A stretch of DNA of 64,000 bases from Octopus sinensis (GCF_006345805.1 NC_043008.1:41850001-41914000); one strand, 5' to 3'. Shown: positions 26,037 through 40,080, counted from the stretch's first letter. Program-made: numbers and translations. Notes: a model not told the origin generated them from the sequence alone.

Positions 26037-26270
26037 AGAAATATTACTCTGCGTCTCAAAGTAAGGCTCGTTTGGCCCACATAATTGTGGCTATAACCTG
26101 AGGAGGTTAAGACATAGATAACGTCCTGGGAAGCACACGTGAAGTTGGTATTAACTGAAAATTTTTCTCCTTGCTGGAATGTGAATTTCGAGCCTTTTGA
26201 AAAGCTAATTAAAATAGCGAAAACCAGTTGGATATCATTACCTTTTATGAGGCTTTTACCATCCATAAAC
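26035..26270 (-). pseudogene. Penelope GIY-YIG endonuclease fragment
   Basis: [32 protein letters not shown] (VIY...YVG...R), truncated at (TA)n. Confidence 0.8.
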
Positions 26271-26339
26271 TATGTATATATATTTTTTTATAAAAAGATA
26301 TTAAACCTATTTTTTGTGTTTTCTATTACTTTCAGACAA

Positions 26340-27450
26340 TCAAGATGGCAGAATCCTTAGCATGCCGGGCGAAATGCTTAGTGGCATTTCATCCATCTAT
26401 ACGTTTTGAGTTCAAATTTCACTGAGGTCGGCCTTCTCCGTTCATCCTTTCGCTGTCGACGAAATAAGTATCAATCGAACTCTAGGGTCGATGTAAATTA
26501 CCCCCCTCCCTCGAAATTGCTGGCTTAGTACCAAAATTTGAAATCAGTTTTTCTGTCTTTTCTCTCAATATCTTCAAATATATATTTCAGAGTATTTCTA
26601 GGGACTGAATATATTGTAGAAATGAGTTGCGACGTCACTGATGCCAAGCTGTATCGGCCTTTGCATTTCCCTCGGATAACACTGATGGCGTGAAGGGAGA
26701 GACCGGTATGCATGGGCGACTGCTGGTCTTCCATAAACAACCTTGCCCGGACTTGTGCATGGGAGGGTAACTTTCTAGTTGCAATCTCATGGTCAGTTAT
26801 TGAAAGTAGAGGAAAGCGATGTAAACTTAAGATAATAAACAAAACATAAAATTATATCAGCATTTTTTTAATATTATCATACTATAAAATTGGTGAACTG
26901 GCAGAAACACCAGTATGCCGGACAAAATGCTAAGCAGTATTTTTTACGCAAATATCGAGTTTTTCGTCATTTTGCGGCCTATAAAATAAAGTCATGTCAA
27001 ATACTGCGAACAATCCAATCGACTTGCCTGCTTCCCAAAATATTATTAGCCCTTGTATTTATAGTAGTAAGGATTATTATTATCATTAAGACGGCAAGCT
27101 GGCAGTGACGTTACCACGTCGGAGAAAATGCTTTTCAGCACTTCTTTCGGTTATTTACGCACTGAGTTCAAATCCCATCGAAGTCAACTATGCCTTTCAT
27201 TCATTCAGGATCGATTCAATAAAATACGAAGTCAAATACCGGTCAAATACTGCGGTTGATGTAATCAACTGGCTATCTTCCCTCAAAACTGCTGGCCTTG
27301 TCTCGAAATCAGAGAGAATTATTATCATTGACTTTGCTTTTCATCACTTCGGGGTCGATCAAATAATTACCAGTCGAGCCCTGTGGTCGATATAATCGAT
27401 TAACACCCTCCCCTGAAAATGCAGGCCTTGTGCCAAAATTTGAAACTATT
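26340..27450 (+). mobile_element. Decayed SINE family B cluster with other fragments
   Basis: Repeated GCCTTTCAT..GGGGTCGAT and GGCCTTGTGCCAAAATTTGAAA motifs. Confidence 0.7.
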
Positions 27451-27499
27451 ATTATAAGAGAAACGAAGACGGTAGGCTAGCAAAATCAAGGAGTTGAGT

Positions 27500-28236
27500 A
27501 CTTCATTAGAAATACAAGGACCTAGTAACTGAAATATCTAGGATGTGACAAATAAAAACCAAACTATCCTTCTTTTTGTGGGTGTCCTGGAGATGATCAA
27601 GAAAGGTAGTGACAAGTTTTTTGGGGGTTTTTTTTCAGATCCCTGCGAAACCAACTATCTATAAGACACAACAACCGCTCACATTCTTAGGGAGTTTCTT
27701 TCTATCTGGTATGTACAGGTCTTACATCTCTGGTTGAGACCCGTTCGGAAGATGAAATAAAATGGGAAGCACATGAAAAATAAAGAAGAAGAAGAAGAAG
27801 AAGAAGAAGAAGAAGAAGAAGAAGAAGAAGAAGAAGAAGAAGAAGAAGAAGAAGATGATAAAGAAGAAGAAGAAGAAGAAGAAGAAGAAGAAGAAGAAGA
27901 AGAAGAAGAAGAAGAAGAAGAAGAAGAAGAAGAAGAAGAAGAAGAAGAAGAAGAAGAAGAAGAAGAAGAAGAAGAAGAAGGGGAAGAAATTGTAAGAATG
28001 ATGAGAGTAAATCTTATGCCAGTGGAATTGACATGGGGGGGCAAAGCAGATCCGAAAAACTGCTCTATTGGGGACAGCTAGGATTTTGAGAGTGGTGCTT
28101 GGCAGTTGAGTGTCTTCCACTACAGTCAACATCCAAGTACCAAATATTACATTTTGCGTAAAGAGACCCTGTTAGACTTCTGACTAGAGGTTGCTATCCG
28201 AATTAACCAGAGGAAGTAAGACCGAGAGCTCTGAGA

Positions 28237-28240
<4 letters not shown>
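27500..28240 (+). mobile_element. Two 3' fragments of R4/Dong-like non-LTR elements separated by (GAA)n
   Basis: KYKDLVTEISRM..GVLEMIKK and GTARILRVVL resemble RLE C-terminal motifs; ends in (TAA)n. Confidence 0.65.
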
Positions 28241-28274
<34 letters not shown>

Positions 28275-28308
28275 TAACAATAACAATAATATTAATAACA
28301 ACAATAAC

Positions 28309-28359
<51 letters not shown>

Positions 28360-28437
28360 TACAACAATAACAATAATAATAATAATAATATAATAATAAT
28401 AATAATAATAATAATTAATAATAATAATAATAATAAA

Positions 28438-28992
28438 TGCCCTGATGCAGTACCAGGCAGTGGCTCTCATGGCTTCTGATCTTAACTGATTGGAAGTGTT
28501 ATCATGTACATTGTTTTGTCTTGGTATAAAAGATGGGCTACAGCAAATATTCTGCTCAATACCACAGATTTGGCTTGTCAGTTGCTTGACCTTAACCAGT
28601 GAGCATGTCCCTTAGTGGCTGACGATATGTGCATCTCTGATCACGAGCAGAAGTAGTGGGGGAGCATCATAGCCATGTGTTGAGAGGGATTCTTTGGGGT
28701 TTGAATAATTCACCTCTGGAAACATGGGTGGTTCTCTCAACATCCTTAAACAACCCTTATTCAGGGACCGTTTGAGCGGGATGGGCTACTCACCTGAAGA
28801 AAATTCTAACTAGGCCCCACCTGCAAGGTCATGTGCTGTTTATCTTGATATGAGAGCACCATGTCGCGCACATATGGTTGTGATGCATGTGCCTGGTGTA
28901 CCCTTATCAGACGGGTAGTGATGATGGGTATATTGGGCTTCGTATATTTTACCCCAGTGTCACTTTGATGGCATGAACTGCTCTCTCACTCA
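28438..28992 (-). mobile_element. 555-bp family D, copy 2
   Basis: Reverse complement of 3729-4283; (AAT)n on both sides. Confidence 0.9.
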
Positions 28993-29009
28993 ATAATAAT
29001 AATAATAAT

Positions 29010-29515
29010 ATGCAGAGAGTGATGGTTATGAGCACAGACAGCAAAGAGTCACGGAGTCGCAAACGAGAAAATTCTTCTTGGATTTTCCGATCCAAACAGA
29101 TCAGGTGTTAGAGTATAACAGACCGGACCTTGTGGTGATCGACAAGATGCACCACATGCGCCATATAGTTGATGTGCATGCCACTATGACCCACGAATAG
29201 TCAAGAAAGAAAGCAGAAAAATATATAAATACAACCCTCTTAAGTACGAAATAGACCGGTTGTGGAAAATAAAGAAGGTGAAAATAGTGCCAATTATTTT
29301 TGGGTCATCGGAAACAGTATCAGAAGGCACCAAGGGGAATATAAAGAAAATTGGAATAGAGTGCCCAGTAGAACTGATACAAAAGGTTTGCCTCCTTGGC
29401 AAGGTCGGAATAATCAGGAAAGAACGGATAGCACGGTACCGTAGGCTGCAGGTAGCAAGTCTGCTACGCATGCAAGATTCCAGGATTTCCAACAAAACCT
29501 GAGATAAAAGGAAAT
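29010..29515 (+). mobile_element. R4/Dong-like 3' fragment, restriction-like endonuclease domain
   Basis: DFPIQTDQVLEYNRPDLVVIDK...KYNPLKYEIDRLWKIKKVKIVPIIFG...IQKVCLLG (RPD motif); ends in TAA/TAG repeats. Confidence 0.85.
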
Positions 29516-29523
29516 AATAATAA

Positions 29524-29600
<77 letters not shown>

Positions 29601-30200
29601 ATGAAAACAATGCTTTGGCTCAGCCGTTAATAGAATGTGTTTTAGCAAGCAGATTAAAGTGTTACTGCAACTATTTTCCAAATTTCAATTAACTGGAAAG
29701 ATGTGTAGTGCGATTTAGTTGCAAGTTGCTAAAACAGGAAATATAAAGGTAAAAATTCCGCACAGGTATATAAATAACTGTAGATAATGCATTCAAACGT
29801 ATCCCGAAATTCTTTGACATTCTATAAAAAAAATACCTATGCAGACAATGTATTCTAACGAAAATAGAGAATATAGTAGAAAATAGAGAGCAAAATAATA
29901 TAAAAACAAAATAATATATATATAAACTATAAAAACAAATGGTATTACAAAAGGTTACATTGTTATGAAGGCAGATATTTTTTATTATATAAAACAGTTT
30001 AACTCATTTAAACGACGACATACGCTTTAGGAAATATCTTAACAACTTTATGAAATACTGGTTTCAAATATGTGCACAAAGCCAGCAATTTTGGGAAGTG
30101 AACTTTTTATGTAGAGCCTGTTCACCTAGGAAATATTTCAACTTAGAATTTCACACACACATATGTTTGTTTGTTTTTTCATATAAAACGAACGTTGTGC

Positions 30201-30232
<32 letters not shown>

Positions 30233-30261
30233 ATGTATATGTATATATATATATATATATA

Positions 30262-30313
<52 letters not shown>

Positions 30314-30442
30314 TATATATATATATATATATATAATATATATATATATATACATATATACACATCACAGAAGTAAATAGACACTCTTATACTCGTTACA
30401 TCTAATTCAAATCTGAAATTCTACATTCAAAATATTTATTAA

Positions 30443-30825
30443 CTAGCAGTATCGCCCGGCGTTGCTCAGGTTTGTAAGGGAAATAACTATAAAGCATTTT
30501 TAGAGAGTTATAGCCAAAAAATAGCAAAAAAATGGAAAAAAACGATGGTAAATTTTTTATTTAGTTAAAAAAGGTGGAGTTGCTTCCCCTAGACAGTTTG
30601 CGGTTTGTGTTTCTGATTCTCGACCCCATGTCGAATTTATCGATAATTTTCAGAACTGGGAGAACTTTTCAAAATTTTCGCTGCGTTAGTTTTGAATTAT
30701 GACATTGGGCTATGTGTGTGTCAAGTTTCATCAGAATCGGTTGAAAGCCGTGGTCAGGGTGAGGGTACAAGCAAACAGACACACAGAAACACGCACAGAC
30801 AAACTGCCGTTTATATAGAGAGAGA
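30443..30825 (-). mobile_element. Non-autonomous Helitron
   Basis: Minus strand A|TC ... hairpin ... CTAG|T, no TSD. Confidence 0.85.
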
Positions 30826-30844
30826 TTATTATAATGGGAATATC

Positions 30845-31420
30845 TAATATTTAGTAGAGATGCCCTTTAGATTTTTCAATGCAAGGATGCTATTAAGCAT
30901 GCTACTGATCAGATGACGAATATTCTCTTGAGGAATTTTTTGCCAAGTTTCATGCAGTAATCTCATAAGTTTTGAATATGCTTTGTCGTCCTTTTTACGA
31001 AGTGCTCTGTTCATTATGACCCAGAGGTGTCCAATAGGGTTCAAATCTGGTGATTGGCTTGGCCAAGGTAGCTTTTTAATGTTATTCCCTTCCAATCAGC
31101 CTTGGGTCTTTTTAGCCCTGTAACAAGGAACCCCATATTCCATAAATAAAGAGTTTTCTTTCATCATTTCACCACTTGAGAAGATTAGGAGTTCTTTCTG
31201 CAATATGGACACATATTTATCTGATTTTATGTTTACCTCACACTCTACTAGCTCTGATCCACCATTGCTCCAAATTGCTCCCCTGACTACCACAGAATAG
31301 CTGCCGTGTTTCATTGTTGGCTGCAATCTTTTCACGTCGAATTCTTTATCACAGATTCTCCAGACCTATACTCGACCACTGTCAGAAAATGCAGCCAACT
31401 TGGACTCATCAGAGTATATG
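30845..31420 (-). pseudogene. Tc1-family DDE transposase fragment
   Basis: SDES, TMKHGS, WPSQSPDLNPIGHLW motifs, with stops and frameshifts. Confidence 0.85.
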
Positions 31421-31469
31421 ACAGTGTCTCAATGCTAGTGGCCTCACTGACCCAGTCTTTTCTCCGCTT

Positions 31470-32810
31470 GACATTTCCTTGATAAATACCCCTAGGTATT
31501 TGTAGCTCTCCGTTGGTTCTAACTTCTTTATGACATTCTGTTGGTCAAGATTAACGTTGGATATTTCTGTCGTTTTTTCTTCGATAAAGGTAGCTTTTGC
31601 ATATTTATCGAGGCCAGATGTCATCCTATCATCACTAAATTGTTTAACAATCGCTAGTAATCCCTATAGATGCTGGTCATTTTTTGCAAACAGCTTTAAA
31701 TCATCCATGTAAATGAGATGATTTATATTTTTATCAAATATTTTATAGCCGTATTGTATATCATCGAGCAATTTCGAGAGAGGTATTAAATCTAGACAAA
31801 AGAATCTAACGCGCTTTTCATACCTTGCTGTGCGGGCAGCTTTAGCACATAGCTTTTATTTGATTGTTTCTATGATGCTATGGATGTCAAGTATGGTTTT
31901 CATATTATATTTTTCTTTACTGTTGTGTCTGGGGAGAGGCATTATCTTTTAGTGCCTTATAATTAACACACTCACCGGTAAAATTTCCACTTATTTCCTT
32001 CTTTATTTTTCTAAAATTTTCCTTGCGTCTTGCAACCTTTTGGTTTGATAGTCTTGTCAAACTTAAGGTTTTTTTAAATATTCTATATCGGACCTAAGTA
32101 GCTGAATTTGATGTTGAATACGCTCTTGCCAAGTAGGCTTTTTGTGGAAATGTCGTTTTGTAATATTTTCACTACATACAATCGTTGAGATTTTCTCGAA
32201 TACATAGTACAGGTGGTTGAGATCTATAATATCAACATCATTAGCTAAAATTATATCCTTAAGTGCAAGGCGGATTTTACCAATTACTTTCAGGTTTTGG
32301 TTAGAATTGCGAATTTTTGGGAGAGCATTGCGTTCATTGATACTGGTTTCTTTAATTTTCAGCCATTCAATCATGATTTGATTTTTTAGATCATGTAGTT
32401 CTGCTGGGTCAACTTCTGTGTGACTTTCTTCATCTATTTCATTTTCATGTCTTAGTGTTTATGGTTGTTCAGACAGTATTTGACTTTGCTTATCAGTTAC
32501 ATTAACTCTTTCTAAGAATTATTGCATTTTCCTCAGACGTGAGCTGGTCTATAATTATTTCCTTTAGCTGCATTTTCGTTCCTTTTATCTCTTACCGATT
32601 GTTTAATTTGGTCAATTTCTAATTCTGTTAGTAACCTCTTTTTCATAATGTTTCTTCTGACGTTGGCAAGTTTGTTATCGTACATGTAGGGTCTTACTTC
32701 AAGGTTTTTCTGTCTCCAGTTTTAGTAGATTTGCACAGTATTAGATTTATTTGTGGGAAAATACATGACATAATAGAAGGTCTTAATAACTTCTTTATTA
32801 TCTCTCCTTG
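31470..32810 (-). mobile_element. R4/Dong-like LINE, internally deleted (N-terminal region plus RT domains 5-7)
   Basis: INHLIYMDDLKLFAK, GLDK.AK, YKYLG; upstream KLANVRRNIMKKRLLTELEI and KKPTWQERI. Confidence 0.85.
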
Positions 32811-33989
32811 TGGTTACTTAGCACAAAGGAATTGTAATTACGTTGATTGTAATTGAAGTGGATTCTTCTTTTTATATTATCATTTCTTCATTAGCTTAAT
32901 GTTCCAAAACATAAAATAAGAGATCTTTCGCAAAACCTTTTTATATAACATTCATCTTTATCTTTGCTAATGTTACATGGCTTCTTGAAAATGTCACGCG
33001 GTATTACGATTATTTAATATTTTTTTCTTTGTTTTCATACTTTTTCTCTTCGTATCGTTTTAATTTTTAAGTTTTACTTCATTCAGAAGTATATTTGTTT
33101 ATCCATTCCGGTATGTTTTGAAATATTTCAGGTTTTGTTCTTCAAGTAAAACTTTTCCAGGGTATAATAAATCTCTTTGTACTTAGCACTTAAATCTATG
33201 TTTCTTTTATAGTAACTATTCTTTTGAGGTTTTAAAATGTATTTTCTTTTTTAAACCCTAAAAATTGGAATTTAACGTATTGTGCTTTATTGAAAATTAA
33301 TGCCTGCATATATACATATATGTATGTATATATATATATATATTATTTATATTATTTATATTATATCATTTCCAAGTAAGTTTTATCTTAACAATTTCGA
33401 TGCGACCCTTATTGTTCTATTTCTATCTCTTTCTATTTCTCTTTCTCTTCCCTCTCCTCTTCGTTTCCTCTCTCTTCCTTTCTCTAATTCCTTTTAACTC
33501 CCCTTCCCCCCCTTTCGATTTTTTCTCTCTCATCCTTTCTCTAATTCTTTTCCTCTCCTCTTCGCCGTTCTCTATCTGTTCCTCTCTCCCTTACTCTTCC
33601 TCTCGTTGCTCGCACGTGACCATCGGCCATCTTTCTTTTTTCTAACTTGAGTTTCTTTCTTTCCTTCCGATCAGCCGCCGGGATCAGACGCATTCTTATT
33701 TGTCTCCTGTCAGAGTTTGTTCCTCCAGCGTTCGCCACTTCAACTCTTTAGGCTTAGCAGCCCTTCCTGTCTGTTTTCACTGTCTTGTTTTTGCTACCGA
33801 CTTTGACCCTCCGCAAAATCCCAAATTTTATTTGATTTGCTTTGCGGGACCAACTGTATTGTCGAAGGTGTATCTTGTCGTAAATTGCTCGAAATACGGA
33901 GTAGGAAAACAGCCGGCAGGATCGTTCTTTATGTTACTTGTCTTTTTTTCCATTTGTTTCGCAAAAAAGTTCCTATTGCATGTTTTCGT

Positions 33990-35323
33990 ATTCAGGAAAA
34001 TGACTTGCTGACTAATACCCAACATAGTTTCCGACCAGGAAGAAGCTGCCTAAATCAGCTCTTACAACATTATGACTGGGTGTTGAAACAGCTCCTCAAC
34101 TACTGAAATGTAGATGTGATGTATCTCGACTTTACAAAGGCTTTCCACAAAGATGATCATGGAATGATATGGTACAAACTACGTGATCTCGGCATAGTCG
34201 AGAATTTGGGAGAATGGCTTCATGACTTTCTGAAAGATAGAAATCAAGCAGTAGTAGCCAATGGGGCCTCCTCCAATGACACGCAAATAGTGAGTGGTGT
34301 TCCGCAAGGCACTCTTTTGGGACTACTACTGTTTATAATGGCCCTTTCAGATATGCCCTCAGTCACACAGCGAGCCACAATCACAGATTATGCAGAGGAT
34401 ACAAAAGTCTCACGGGTGATACAGTACCCTGAATACGCTATGCACCTGCAACATGAGTTAGATGAAACATACAAGAGGTCTAAGAAGAATAACATGCAGG
34501 TTAATGCTGGAACGTTTCAAGCCCTATGAGATCAGTATGCAAAACTAAATGCAATATCAATAAAATATACTGGACCTGGAGGGATTGCAATCCTAGAGAC
34601 CTGGACATTTACATGAGCAATAATGCATACTTCAATGTGCATATTGCTAAGTTAGCAATGACTGAATGGATTCTCAGAACTTTTAAATCAAGAGATCAGG
34701 AAATCATGATGGTCTTCTGGAGGACATTTGTCCTAAGCCACTTTGACTATTACTCCATGATATGGTCACCAACCAGTGTAAAATTAATTGCAGAACTTGA
34801 GGCAACCCAACGTATCAACACGAAGAAGATAGCCTCTACGCAGCATATAAGCTATAGGGAAAGACTCAAGAGATTGAGACTCTATTCCCTGGAGCGTAGG
34901 CATGGAAGATATGCCATAATATGCATCTGGAAGTTCCTGGAGGGATTGAGAGAGTTACACTAATGCTGAAACAAGGCGCCACTGCACTGTGCCAAATATT
35001 CCAACTTTACCATCAAAATATAGAACAAGATATTGCAACATTCTGGACTTTAAAGAACCACAGCTCTTCAATATCCTCCCGAAGGACCTGAGAGACCTGC
35101 ATGAAGTGGATGTGGGTGTCTTCAAAATGAATCTGGATTTCTTAGTGTCACGAGTCCTAGGTGAACCAACCACGGAAGGAAGTGAAACCGCGGCAGGAGT
35201 GCGTCAAATTCCCTTATGCACCGAATGTCAAGTTCCAAAATGAATTGGTGAAGTAAAAGCTATGTATCAGCACCAAATTGCGGTGCCCCTGCACGGCCAC
35301 TGATCTAGAGCTGAAATTGGTTC

Positions 35324-35330
<7 letters not shown>
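33990..35330 (+). mobile_element. 5'-truncated CR1-group LINE (RT plus 3' UTR), disabled
   Basis: QHSFRPGRSCLNQL, YLDFTKAF, SGVPQGTLLG, YAEDTK, YRERLKRLRLYSLERR, QLFNILP; stops and frameshifts. Confidence 0.9.
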
Positions 35331-35400
<70 letters not shown>

Positions 35401-35409
35401 TAGATAGAT

Positions 35410-35458
<49 letters not shown>

Positions 35459-36084
35459 AGATAGATAGAGATAGATAGATAGATATGGAGAGAGAGAGAG
35501 GTGCATGCGTGGCTATGTGGTAAGAGGTGGCATCTCAGGCATGTGTCTTATACTATATTGCGTGATGACAAAAGCCTCGTGAGTCGTTACGGTAGACAGA
35601 AATTGATATAACCGTAATATCCATAAACGTCAAAGAATTGTAAACTTAACCATGAAAAGAATCGAAATTTGATACCTTCTTAAATTGTTCAGGTTTGTTG
35701 CAGACAACAAAGGACAATATTGAAAATTACTACTACATTTTGAAATAGTAGTAGAGGGGAATAAAATTATGTTATAGGAAGAAAAAAAATGACAGCTTGG
35801 TGATTTGCTCAGAAAGAGCAATTTACTATTCGCGTAGTTGACTGCTACTGCTATTGAAGGGGAGAGAATTGCTTCAGGCGTTTAGCTTGTTGAGGAATTT
35901 ATATGTATATTATATTAAACAGTGAAGAACATTTATATATTTCTCTATAACCTTTTAACATTAAATCGTGAAGAGCATATTGACCGTTTATTAAGATAAT
36001 CAGCTTCCTGTAAATAAAGAATACTAATAAATAAAAATCATAACAAACCATGTTTTTATCTCTTATCTTATAATTTGTTTCAGA

Positions 36085-36310
36085 CATTTAATTACGGTCA
36101 TACTGGGGTGCCCTTTTGAGGCATTTTTAGTTGGATTAATCAGCCCCAGTACTTTAGTCTATCGTCGTCTTTTGCCGAACCACTAAGTTATGAGGACCCA
36201 ATCACACCAACACCGGTTGTCAAATGGTGGTTGTGGACAAACACAAAGAAAAAGACACACATACGCACACACAAACGCGCGCACATATGTATAAATATAT
36301 ATATAGATAT

Positions 36311-36377
<67 letters not shown>

Positions 36378-36440
36378 CGAGGGGCTTCATTCAGTTTTAA
36401 TTTACCACGCCCACTGACAAAGCTTTGGCCGGTCCCAGAC
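36085..36440 (-). mobile_element. Decayed SINE family A with internal (GATA)n
   Basis: GTCTTTTGCCGAAC..CACCAACACCGGTTGTCAA matches family A. Confidence 0.7.
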
Positions 36441-36923
36441 ATAGTTTATAAGAAACCGGCATTATGGCAACTCAAAAATATTTTTCTCGTATAAAACTTA
36501 TGACTGAACATAAAATGTTATACTCCTGGAATTGTTAAATCATGAGTGAACCAACTATAGAAATGATATCACTTTTATAACATGCTGAAACGGTAGAAAA
36601 CAGAGAAAACCTCCAATCAAAGTTGAAACTGATGTTCAATCAAATGTAAAGAAATAACTTTAATACATGCAATCAGACTCACCATAGACTTGGGAATTTT
36701 GCGCTCATATGTCACTACATGTAGATACAAAATATTCATGGTTTTACAAGCCAGGCTATAAATAATCAGTGTATGGATGTTTCAAACTCTTGAATATCCT
36801 ACTTAAATTTGGCCGATAGCAATAGCAAGTAGAGTTCCTCAAGATGCATTCCAGCAAAAGATATGGCTTTAAATTGGTCTAATTTTAGAGATAGATGGGG
36901 AGTGCCTAAGGACAGTACATTAT

Positions 36924-36980
<57 letters not shown>

Positions 36981-37110
36981 ATATATGTATGTATGTATGT
37001 ATGCATGTATGTATGTATTATGTATTTATGTATGTATGTATGTATATATGTATGTATATTTAGTTATATACATATATATGTATTTACACATATATGCATA
37101 TACATATATA

Positions 37111-37148
<38 letters not shown>

Positions 37149-37150
<2 letters not shown>

Positions 37151-38005
37151 GGGAGAATTCGCAAAAAAAAGGAAATGACTCTTTTATCTGCACTTCGTTT
37201 TTTACTGTATCTCCTGCGCTTTTTGCCCTTCTCTGTACATCGGTCAGACAGGACGCTGCTTGGCTGACTGGTCCGCGGAGCACCTCCGAAACATTAGATT
37301 CGGTAATTCACCATTTCTGCTCTACCGGTCATTCATTACAACACTTTTCTATGTTCAGACTGTCTTTGCACAGGGGCCATTTGAACTCGTGCCTTCGACG
37401 AGTTTTGGAATTAATCTTCCCTCTTCGCTCCTTTGCCCCACATGGGCTCAACTCCCCTCCCCTCTTCATCTGTCTCCCCTCCTCTCCACTTTTCATCTTA
37501 CACCTACTCCCACTTTTCACTCCTCCCCACCTTCTCTCTTCACTTATATCCCAGCCATCCACACTCCACACCCACACATCCCACTCCCACAACCTCACCC
37601 CAAACCTACACCCCGCACCTACACACCACACCACCACACACCACTCTGCACACACTAGCACTGACCACTTCCCAGCACCACACCACACACTATTATCTGC
37701 ACACATCATCCACACACACAAAAACTCTCGCATACACACACGCATGCACCCCCCTCAGATTTTGGATCACCATGACTTTATTATCTCCCCTTCTCCAGTC
37801 AAACTGTCTTTCCCAACCGGTCGCCGTGATTGATTACTAAATCCACATTTTTTTTTCTATTCTCTCTCTATTTATTTCCTCGTATTCTTTTCTGTTGAAG
37901 AGCATAGGCTGGAAACGTAAAAGACTTTCTCACCCGAGCGTCAAACTAATCCACCTGCTTGTTGTTTATACACCTGTGTTCGTCTTTTGTCTTCCTGTAA
38001 ATTCC

Positions 38006-38008
<3 letters not shown>
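37149..38008 (+). mobile_element. Penelope-like 3' fragment: GIY-YIG C-terminus, CA-rich spacer and HHR-bearing pLTR
   Basis: [15 protein letters not shown]...[15 protein letters not shown] (PxGLN end motif); (TA)n on both flanks. Confidence 0.85.
37886..37924 (+). ncRNA. Minimal hammerhead ribozyme (CUGUUGA core variant)
   Basis: TCTTTT CTGTTGA A GAGC-ATAG-GCTG GAAAC GTA AAAGA. Confidence 0.65.
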
Positions 38009-38081
<73 letters not shown>

Positions 38082-39400
38082 CATACATACTACATACATA
38101 CATACATACATACATACATACATACATAAAATACAAAGAGGGAGAGTGAAGGAAAAATACTTTAGACTGACAGAAAAATAGATAGATAAGTAGACATGTG
38201 ATTCTAACGAAATCTAACATTCTGCAGGTAAAATAAATACTTCATATACGGGAGCGGGTACTAACCGGTCCAATCCGATGTGTTGTATAATGAGATTAAA
38301 CACAAAAGCGCTAGCTGTAAAGCACATTTCTAAATACACAACCATGTACCTCTTGTCTGCAGCTGATTTTGAAATAAAGAGTTCTCGGGTTTTTATTTCA
38401 GAATCACTTCCTATTCTGAAACGAAATCGGAGTCAATATACATTTGTTACATGAAATTTATCCTGAATCCAGTTGGCTATGGAGAATTGTTCAGCTCAAT
38501 TTCATTTGATTGCAAAGTAAGTCCAAATGAAAGATTTGTGAATATCGGTTTTTACTCAAGTTCATTCTAAATCTAATGAAAAATGCTCGAGATATATTTT
38601 TCTCCCTTCTCATTCATCCAATTGTCTTAAATCATCTTATTCGGGTCAATTTCATTCTAATATGAAGGTAAAACTGTTCACACTATACAAATATATGTAT
38701 GCTCACGTTTTTTTACGACTTACTAGTTATTGATCAACGTACGGTTGTAGAAGATTTAACCCTCTGCTTCAACATAATTGCTCTTCATTATATATAATAC
38801 ACACATACATACACATATATATGTGTATGTCTATTATGTATTTATGCGTGTGTGTACATATATATATGTATCTGTGACTATATGTGGGAGAGTGTGTGTA
38901 TATATATATATGTATATATATACTCGTACTTAGAACATTACTGTGAATTACTGAGGTGAGTAGTCACTATTTTCTGATTTATTTGACAATTTCTATGACT
39001 GTCTTCTTATCGAATATATTTAGACATTAGGCAATTGGAGTAATTCCTTCCAACACTCAAAAAAATAAACCTTATCCGTCAAATCATATATCATACAGAG
39101 CATCAATCAGTTTACGATATCCGATTCCTGGTAATGAGATTTTGGTTCAATACTTATATACATATATACCTACATATAGGTAGATAGACAGATAGATATT
39201 CATATAAATATATATATGTATATAAATGCATTTGCATGCGTGAGTGTGAATATGTAAATATATTTGTGTGTATGTGCGTGTTTATGTATGCACATATATA
39301 TCCACACTCATACACACGTGTTTACATATACATCAAATATACAAAGAGAAGATAAACATTTAGACATGCATATAGATATATAAACATAAATGTGTGTATG

Positions 39401-39433
<33 letters not shown>

Positions 39434-39732
39434 ATGTGTAATCACAGAAAACGTATGTGTGTGTGTGTGTGGATACCGAGGCAAAGGAAAAAAGGTAGAT
39501 GCAGAAATATAGTGCATAAGTAAATAATCAACAATAAACATAAAAAAAAGATTTACTCCTCAGAATAAAGGGAATCACGAGTACATGATATTGGTAAGAG
39601 GCAAAAGAAGCATGGATAGAAAAAAGATTTGATAGATCGATAAATAGATAGAAAGACAGACAGACAGACAGAAAGATAGATAGATTGACAGATAGATATA
39701 TAGAGAGAGAAAGGAGAGAGACGGACAGAAAT

Positions 39733-39850
<118 letters not shown>

Positions 39851-39939
39851 GTTTATTATCTTTAATAAATAAATAGATGCATATATATATATATATCTGT
39901 CCATGCTTATAGTTACTAATATATATATTAGTTACTAAG

Positions 39940-39971
<32 letters not shown>

Positions 39972-40080
39972 ATATACACATATATATATGTATGTATGTA
40001 TGTTCTTATGTGTATATACATAAATACATATATTTACACACACAATCGTATTAATATGAATAGTAGTATTTACACATACG

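Noticed and set aside
31400-31415. Minus-strand CTGATGAGTCC resembling an HHR core
   Set aside because: It encodes the SDES motif of the Tc1 transposase, and no matching stem II/GAAAC follows.
36985-37833. 282-aa ORF as a host gene
   Set aside because: Fusion of microsatellite, PLE endonuclease fragment and CA-rich low-complexity sequence.
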